32,000 nt of DNA from Candidatus Saccharimonadota bacterium (GTDB lineage: Bacteria > Patescibacteriota > Gracilibacteria > UBA1369 > 2-02-FULL-48-14), in contig CP064962.1 in NCBI GenBank assembly GCA_016699145.1, positions 720,001 to 752,000 on the forward strand. Direction: 5' to 3'. The notes beneath the pieces are model-generated. The model was not told where the DNA came from. It did no database searches and was given only the letters and a program-made list of their open reading frames with translations. Position 1 is the first letter of the stretch, and every line of letters begins with the position of its first letter. A program made the translations under genes and the position numbers. Positions 25,959 through 32,000 of this stretch are shown piece after piece.

Positions 25959-28483
25959 ATGAAGCCCACCCGTTTTATCTTCGAAGAAGCCGCTTTTAGC
26001 CCCAAAGAAAGGTGGGCACGTTTTTCCTACAGCCTCACTTTTGCAGATGGAAAGCCCCTGCATTTCAACGAAACACTGCAATTTCCAGCGGGGAAAACGC
26101 AAAAAGTCCCGGGCGCCCTGCTCAAGGAACTGCTCAAAAATCTGCATCTGGTTTTGGGGCTGAGCTACTACAAACTCTACTGTCCCGCAAAAATTCAAAT
26201 GCCTTACCAATTGAGCCCGGATGAGGCCCATTTTTGGGAAACCCTCTACCGCAAAGGCCTTGGAGAATTCTTCTATCGCAATCACGTGGATTTCCGCAAA
26301 CTTCTCCGCTTTCCCTCTTCCAAAAAAGCCCGTCCGTTCATGCCCGTCCCCTTGCCCACGAAAGAGCATGCCCTGCTCGGAATTGGAGGAGGAAAAGACT
26401 CCATCGTAGCCGGTGAATTTTTGAAAAAACGCAAAATTCCTCTGAAGGGATTTGTGCTTGAAACGGGCCCAAGCTCCCCAGTGGTGAGCGCCGTGATGAA
26501 AGCCATGAAGATCCAGCCTTTTGTGGTGCAACGCCGCCTAGACCCCAAAGTCTTTCAAAGCCTGCCCGACGCGCTCAACGGGCACATCCCCATCTCGGCC
26601 ATTTTCGCCTTCACTGGACTCTTTGCCGCCGCCCTCTACGGCTACCGCTACACCGTGGTCGCCAACGAAGCCAGCAGCAACCAGGGCAACCTCACCTACT
26701 TGGGGGAAAGCATCAATCATCAATGGAGCAAATCCGCCGAATTCGAAGCAGCTTTGCAAGAACACTTTCGCCTGCGCCTTTCTCCCAGCCTCACCTATTT
26801 CTCAGCCATCCGTCATTTTTATGAAATCCGTGTGGTGGAGGAATTTGTCAAACACCCAAAATACTTCCCGCTTTTCACCAGTTGCAACCGCAGTTTCCGC
26901 ATCGAAAAAGTGCGTCCAAAAACGCTGTGGTGCGGCGAGTGTGCCAAGTGCACCTTTGTTTTCGCCGAATTGGCGGCCTTTTTAAAACCCGCCGAGCTCT
27001 TGCCAATTTTCGGCAAAAATCTGTTTGAAGAAGAAGCGCTGCTCCCGCTTTTCAAAGACCTCTGTGGCCTAGGCAAAATGAAGCCCTTCGATTGCGTGGG
27101 CACTTTTGAAGAAAGCCGAGCAGCCCTCCGTTTGGCTCAAAAAAACTGGGCAAAAACCGTGGCGATCCAAACTCTGCTTCCACTGCTGAAAAAACACTTT
27201 CCAAAAGACAAGGACGAGGCTCTTTTTAAGGTTCAAAATGCGCCAACACTGCCCGCACACCTCAAGTTTTTAGGCCTCAAAAACGTCTTACTTTTGGGTT
27301 ATGGAAAAGAAGGAAAAAGCAGCGAAAAATATCTCAAAAATTCTACCCTGGCCTCTCCATTTTCATTGCAGACCAAGCCCAAAATCCCGATTATTTGCGC
27401 CAGCAAGAAGCCGCCGATTTTGTCATCAAAACACCCGGGCTACCCAAGGCCAAAGTCACTGTGCCTTACACTACCGCGACGCAAGTGTTCTTTGCTCACA
27501 ATCAAAAACCCACCCTGGGAGTCACGGGCAGCAAAGGCAAAAGCACCACGGCGTCGCTCATTTCACATCTCTTAAAAAAAACCGGAATAAAGGCCGAACT
27601 GCTGGGCAACATTGGCTGCCCCATGCTTGAAACTTTCCTTAAAAACCCAAGCAAAACCGAGCTTTACGTGCTCGAACTTTCCAGTTACCAATTGGACGAG
27701 CTCAGCGCATCTCCAGACCTGGCCGTGGTGACCAATTTATTCCCAGAGCACATGACTCATCACGGAGGAATAGAGCCGTATTACGAAGCAAAAAAAAATC
27801 TCATCCGTCACCAAAATGCCGCCGCTGTTTTTATGGTGAACACCGCCCATCCCTTGATCCGAAAATGGACCCAAGAAACGCCTGCCCGTGCCGTGCCCTT
27901 TTCCACGTGGATTCCCAAAAAAACGCCGCTGCTCGGTGAGCACAATCGCTCCAACCTGGCCGCCGCCCTAGCCGCCACTCAGCAGGCCCGCCAATGGCTG
28001 CACAAAAAACCCTGCACGCAGGCACAACTGCAAAAAGCCCTGCAGAGCTTTGCACCCCTGCCCCATCGCCTTCAAAAGGTGGGAACCTTTAAGGGCATCA
28101 CCTTCTATGACGACGCCATTTCCACGTCGCCGGAGTCCACCATCGAGGCCATCAAAGCCCTCAGCCCCTTGGCCCCCATCGGCACGCTGTTTTTAGGAGG
28201 AGAGGATCGAGGTTACGACTTCACTGAACTCGAAAAAGTGCTGCGCCGTTATAAAATTCCAAAACTCATCCTGCTGCCCGATACCGGCAAGCGCATCTTA
28301 AAATCCAAAAAAGGCTTCCAAACTTTTGAGGCCAACTCGCTCGAAGAAGCCGTTGCCCTGGCTTTCAAGCACACCCCGCGCGGAACCCTTTGCGTGCTCT
28401 CCACCGCCTCCCCTCACGCCTTTGGCATGAGTTTTGAAGACCGTGGAAATAAATTCCAAAACCTCATCCGTAAAAATGAATAA
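25959..28483 (+). CDS. PP-loop ATPase-like domain fused to a divergent MurD-type Mur ligase, read across a 1-nt frameshift at 27336-27340
   Basis: The N-terminal roughly 440 aa contain LLGIGGGKDSIV (SGGxDS-like) and LWCGECAKC. The ligase then begins at KNVLLLGYGKEGKSSEKYLK and continues in the -1 frame as FYPGLSIFIADQ...ADFVIKTPGLP...LGVTGSKGKSTT...LELSSYQL...NLFPEHMTHHG...GEHNRSNLAAALA...LPHRLQ...DDAISTSPES. Confidence 0.7.
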
Positions 28484-28856
28484 AATCAAAGCAACAATGT
28501 GGCTCACCTTGGCCCTACTAGACGCTATCCTTGCGGTTTACTTCTGCCTTCGCGGGAGCCATGCAGGGAACGAGTGGGACGTGTATCGAGCAATGGCCGA
28601 ATTCATAGGAGGAGTGATTTTAGGGCTGCTTTCCATCCTCTTTGCCTTTTTAGCGAATGGCGCCTACAAAAAAAAGAGATGGGCAGACGTTGTGGGTTTA
28701 ATCATAGCTGCCCCCGTAATCTATTTCATTTGCACAGACGGAATAGAAAACGCATTGGAAGCGAGCCATCTCATCCTTTTGTCTTTAGCAACCCTCGTCA
28801 CCCTTTTCACACAGCAAAAAGTCCAAAAACTCCTTCCAAAGCGCTGGCGGAGTTAG
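28476..28856 (+). CDS. Hypothetical small membrane protein with about four TM segments
   Basis: MNKIKATMWLTLALLDAILAVYFCL... The ATG at 28476 overlaps the ligase stop at 28481-28483 by 8 nt. Confidence 0.65.
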   Translation: MNKIKATMWLTLALLDAILAVYFCLRGSHAGNEWDVYRAMAEFIGGVILGLLSILFAFLANGAYKKKRWADVVGLIIAAPVIYFICTDGIENALEASHLILLSLATLVTLFTQQKVQKLLPKRWRS

Positions 28857-28952
28857 AGCCTTGCGTCTTGCCCCAGACCGTCAACCGCCTTCGGCTTAAG
28901 GGAAAACAAGCGTCCAGTCCAGAAATTTAGTTGGGATACCTCCCAAGAAGCG

Positions 28953-29564
28953 TCAATTGCATCCGCGCTGAACGCCCGTCAGCCCATGCCCGTTAGTAGG
29001 AGTTCTCCTGAGCTCTTCTTCATTCAAAGTCCTAAATAAGTCACCCAGAACATTTTGCAAGCCAGAGATTCTAGCTTCGGCTGTATCTACAAAAACCTGA
29101 TCAAATGATGCACGCGGCACTTTCCCTGGATCCGACGCTTGCGCAGGTGCTCTTAATCCATTCTGTACGGTAGCCGCTAAAGCTATAGCATTTCTTAAAA
29201 CCACTAGCCAAGCTTGTTGGCTTTTCAGCCGCCGCTCAATCCCAATGAACGACGAACCAAGAAGGATAGTTCTATCGGAGAACCCCTTCACTTGCTCAGA
29301 AAACACAGCCATTGTCTGAAGCATGTGCTCCAAAAGAAGTTCTCGGTATTTTCTGGCCATCGAGCGTCCAGACAGTTCCTGCCATCTCTCCAACTGTCTA
29401 TCAAAGGTATACAAAATAGGCATTCCACTCAAGCGAGAGATAGCGTCCACAATACGGAACGAAAAATCACACCGCACCAAGTCGAGCGCCGTGCATTGCA
29501 CGTCTGGACTACACTCAGTAGAGGCATCAAGGCCATCGCAGATAGGTTTATCTTCCTCAGTCAT
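28953..29564 (-). CDS. Hypothetical 203-aa protein, second gene of a 2-gene cassette
   Basis: It is a clean ORF 43 nt downstream of the 462-aa ORF. I recognise no motif. Confidence 0.55.
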   Translation of the reverse strand: MTEEDKPICDGLDASTECSPDVQCTALDLVRCDFSFRIVDAISRLSGMPILYTFDRQLERWQELSGRSMARKYRELLLEHMLQTMAVFSEQVKGFSDRTILLGSSFIGIERRLKSQQAWLVVLRNAIALAATVQNGLRAPAQASDPGKVPRASFDQVFVDTAEARISGLQNVLGDLFRTLNEEELRRTPTNGHGLTGVQRGCN

Positions 29565-29607
29565 AAGTCTTATAAAAGGTTAGCAGGAGAAAGTACCCCC
29601 GCTGGAT

Positions 29608-30996
29608 TTAAGCCGCCGCCGCCGCCTCCTCCTCCTCCTCCTCCTCCTCGGCCTGACAGGGTATCTCGTCGGAAGATCTAAAATTTGTATTTGCAAACTC
29701 CTCCAAAGGGACCAGAACATTCGAAGTATCCAGAACATTCGCTGAAGCCATTTGTGCTCGCAGCCAAGAACCATATCGATTGATCTCCAACAAAAGGTTG
29801 CCAATATTCACATCAACTCTTGAACCTAATATCTTTTCCAAAGCGGCGATTTTTTTTATGAGCACATCGCCGACACGGATAAATACACCGGAGGTAGCAT
29901 CAAAGTACTGCTTTTCAGCTGCTAACAAGGTGCCCTTCGCAGAGCCATCCTCCTCCGTAAGGCTGGCAATCTGATCTTTAAATGCAGCTCTTATGGGAGC
30001 CAAGATGTAGAGATCCAACTGAACTAACTTGCGAGACCAAGCCTTTAGTTTAGGCAAATCTGAAAGCGATGGCTCACTCTTGCATAGCGTGTCCACTTCA
30101 TTAAGGACAGGCATTAAAGCCTGTTCAACAAACTTCTTCCGATGGGCTACATCTTGAGCTGGATGACGAGAGGATTTACGCTTAAGCCATAAATTAAACA
30201 GGGTTAGTAGCCGATTCAATTCATCCAAAGGCATGGCGGCCAATTTTGCTGGGTTGTTCAATAGGGGGTAAAATTTTGTGGGAAATAGAGCAAGACGTAT
30301 GTTTTCGACCGATGTTTTCCCCAGTCCCAACTCTTCTTGAGCAGCCTGCATGTAGAGGGGGTGTCCCAGGGACACCCTATAGCCATCATGTGCTTTCAAC
30401 CCTTTAGTTGCTTCATCAAGGCGACCAAGCTCTTCATCGATCGCCAATTTAAGCCCGTCGGTACTTAGGGTGAACCTCTCAAGCAACATGGGCAAAAGGG
30501 TTTTTACAGTGGTCGGAGCCAAAAGCTCAAGCTGTAATGCTTGAGCGCATGAAGACACCTTTCGAAGGCTTAACAGCGATTCAGAAAGTTTCAAAAGGGA
30601 ATTTAAACAGTGTAACTCAATCTGCACGGCCGTCTTTGCCTCAGAGGCCCCCTCGGCTGTAGAAGAATCCAAGGAGCTCATCGCGTCAGCTAAACGCTGA
30701 GACAGTTCCATAAAAATCTTCACACCATTTACGGGCCATGACTTGGGCCATTCATCAAGGGAATCTACACAATTTACATAACGTAATCGAAGATACCGGA
30801 TCTGTTGCACATAACGAAGCGGATCCTTGGGATCAAAAATTAAATCAAGCCCAGGCAGACCAGGAGCACGATCTCTTGCGGGGTCACTGAGCGGAGAGGC
30901 CCTCCCCTGTAAGACAGCAGGCCTCACAGGAGGTATAGGGGTATCGAGCCCACGGTCCGGATCCAACTCCAATAATGATGAATCTTCTACCGACAT
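29608..30996 (-). CDS. Hypothetical 462-aa protein with a Pro/Arg/Asp-rich N-terminus and an E8A5 tail
   Basis: It is a clean ORF. The N-terminal roughly 60 aa are low complexity (DPDRGLDTPIPPVRPAVLQGRASPLSDPARDRAPGLPGLD). The body is Leu-rich and helical. The C-terminus reads ...CQAEEEEEEEEAAAAA. Confidence 0.6.
   Translation of the reverse strand: MSVEDSSLLELDPDRGLDTPIPPVRPAVLQGRASPLSDPARDRAPGLPGLDLIFDPKDPLRYVQQIRYLRLRYVNCVDSLDEWPKSWPVNGVKIFMELSQRLADAMSSLDSSTAEGASEAKTAVQIELHCLNSLLKLSESLLSLRKVSSCAQALQLELLAPTTVKTLLPMLLERFTLSTDGLKLAIDEELGRLDEATKGLKAHDGYRVSLGHPLYMQAAQEELGLGKTSVENIRLALFPTKFYPLLNNPAKLAAMPLDELNRLLTLFNLWLKRKSSRHPAQDVAHRKKFVEQALMPVLNEVDTLCKSEPSLSDLPKLKAWSRKLVQLDLYILAPIRAAFKDQIASLTEEDGSAKGTLLAAEKQYFDATSGVFIRVGDVLIKKIAALEKILGSRVDVNIGNLLLEINRYGSWLRAQMASANVLDTSNVLVPLEEFANTNFRSSDEIPCQAEEEEEEEEAAAAA
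29612..29649. repeat. Compound trinucleotide microsatellite (GCC)5(TCC)7 at the 3' end of the 462-aa ORF
   Basis: I read it directly from the sequence. On the coding strand it is in frame and encodes E8 followed by A5 just before the TAA at 29608-29610. Confidence 0.95.
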
Positions 30997-31070
30997 ATCA
31001 ACATTGCCAAATAATCAAAATGTGTCCAGATACTACAACACAGTTTAAATTATGTCAAGAGGCACTGTTT

Positions 31071-32000
31071 TGTAATCAATAGCTTTGCATCACTTCGTTA
31101 GGAGTTAGCATGTGAAGACCCATGTGAGGACGTTCAAAATTGTAATAGTGAAGGAAGTCAGGGATTGCTTTTTTTGTAAGCCTCTAAAGTCTTTGGGACT
31201 CGGGAGAGGCATTCCTCCTGGATGGTTCTGTTGAATCTCTCCACATAGGCATTGTCTGTGGGTGTTCGTACTCTTGAATGCCTGTGCTGAATTTCATTAG
31301 CTACAAGCGTTTTAGTGAGCCACTTGGAAAACTCACTTCCATGGTCTGTCTGGATCATTTTAAGTTCAAAGGGCATGTCTTCTTGTGAGTGCTGAATAAA
31401 CTCCCAACTTGCGTGGGTTCCAATCTTCATCACCGGCATAGCAGAGGCCCATCTGCTGCACACGTCCAGCATAGTGTATACATAAAGTCTGTCATAATAA
31501 GGCCCATCCACAATCGTGTCTATTTGCACCAATATGCCTGGTTTTTCAGGCCGCGGTCTTTCCTCATACTGGTGCCACTTCTTCCACTTGCTGTATTTGG
31601 TCATCTCGTTCCTTTTGAGTGTTCTCTTCACACTGGAAAGACTCACTTCGTAGCCATCTCTTTCCAGAAAATAGTGAATCACTTCTGCACACCGCTGGTA
31701 CTTGAGTCTGTACTCTATGACTTTCTGCACTGTCTCTGCAGAAAGCTCACTGGGGTGCGAATGGGGACGTGAGCTTTCTGTGGGAATGGTGTGGCCATAG
31801 TTATTGCCTCTGAGCTTTTCCACCCACCGCACAATGCTGCTTTGGTTAAAACCTGTGTGTCTGGCCACTTCGCGTGTGCTCCAGCCTTTTCCAGAACTAA
31901 CTTTGCTGCCTCCATTCGCACCCGAGGCAGATGGGGATTTTGTGTGTATGCCATGTCCATATCTTTGCACAGGGGTGATGCAAAGCTATTGAACCATTAC
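31071..32000. mobile_element. IS481-family insertion sequence; its right end is at or just beyond the window edge
   Basis: An 18-bp perfect inverted repeat is present: TCAATAGCTTTGCATCAC at 31076-31093 and its reverse complement at 31975-31992. The left end begins TGTAAT (31071). The right end reads ...GAACCATTAC at the window edge. Confidence 0.75.
31076..31970 (-). pseudogene. IS481-family (rve integrase-core) transposase, frameshifted at an A7 run
   Basis: An HTH (WSTREVARHTGFNQSSIVRWV) is followed by a DDE core (VQIDT...IQTDHGSEF...RTPTDNAYVERFNRTIQEE). After EAYKK at the run 31169-31175 the conserved tail AIPDFLHYYNFERPHMGLHMLTPNEVMQSY continues in another frame and stops inside the left inverted repeat. 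Confidence 0.8.

Noticed and set aside
25947-26531. A 194-aa minus-strand ORF
   Set aside because: It is antisense to the PP-loop domain ORF, which has clear motifs and runs continuously into the Mur ligase.
29214-29681. A + strand ORF ending in a run of 12 prolines
   Set aside because: The poly-Pro run is simply the opposite-strand, other-frame reading of the (GCC)5(TCC)7 microsatellite. The ORF is antisense to the 203-aa and 462-aa genes.

Overview
This is a bacterial chromosomal window that appears to use the standard genetic code, since TAA, TAG and TGA all close convincing genes. The backbone is housekeeping. It holds ddl (which runs off the left edge and is missing from the ORF track), two ABC-F ATPases, and a GIY-YIG nuclease coupled to one of them by an ATGA start/stop overlap. 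It also holds a TrmB-like regulator, tmRNA, mfd, dnaN, RNase J, and a PP-loop domain fused to a divergent MurD-type ligase. Four insertion sequences from four different families interrupt the backbone: IS5/IS427-like at 2746-3589, IS30-like at 10030-11067, IS200/IS605 at about 14400-14945, and IS481-like from 31071 past the window end. There is also a decayed ABC exporter and three blocks of ORFs I cannot assign to any family: 11180-12706, the coupled operon 16132-18833 next to tmRNA, and the cassette 28953-30996, which ends in an in-frame trinucleotide repeat. The dnaN-rnj spacer carries a dense cluster of DnaA-box-like 9-mers and is a candidate oriC. Six gene disruptions all sit on short A/T (or adjacent G/C) homopolymers, so every pseudogene call here needs read-level confirmation. 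I saw no CRISPR array, rRNA or tRNA. All family calls rest on motifs I read in the translations, because no database search was possible.
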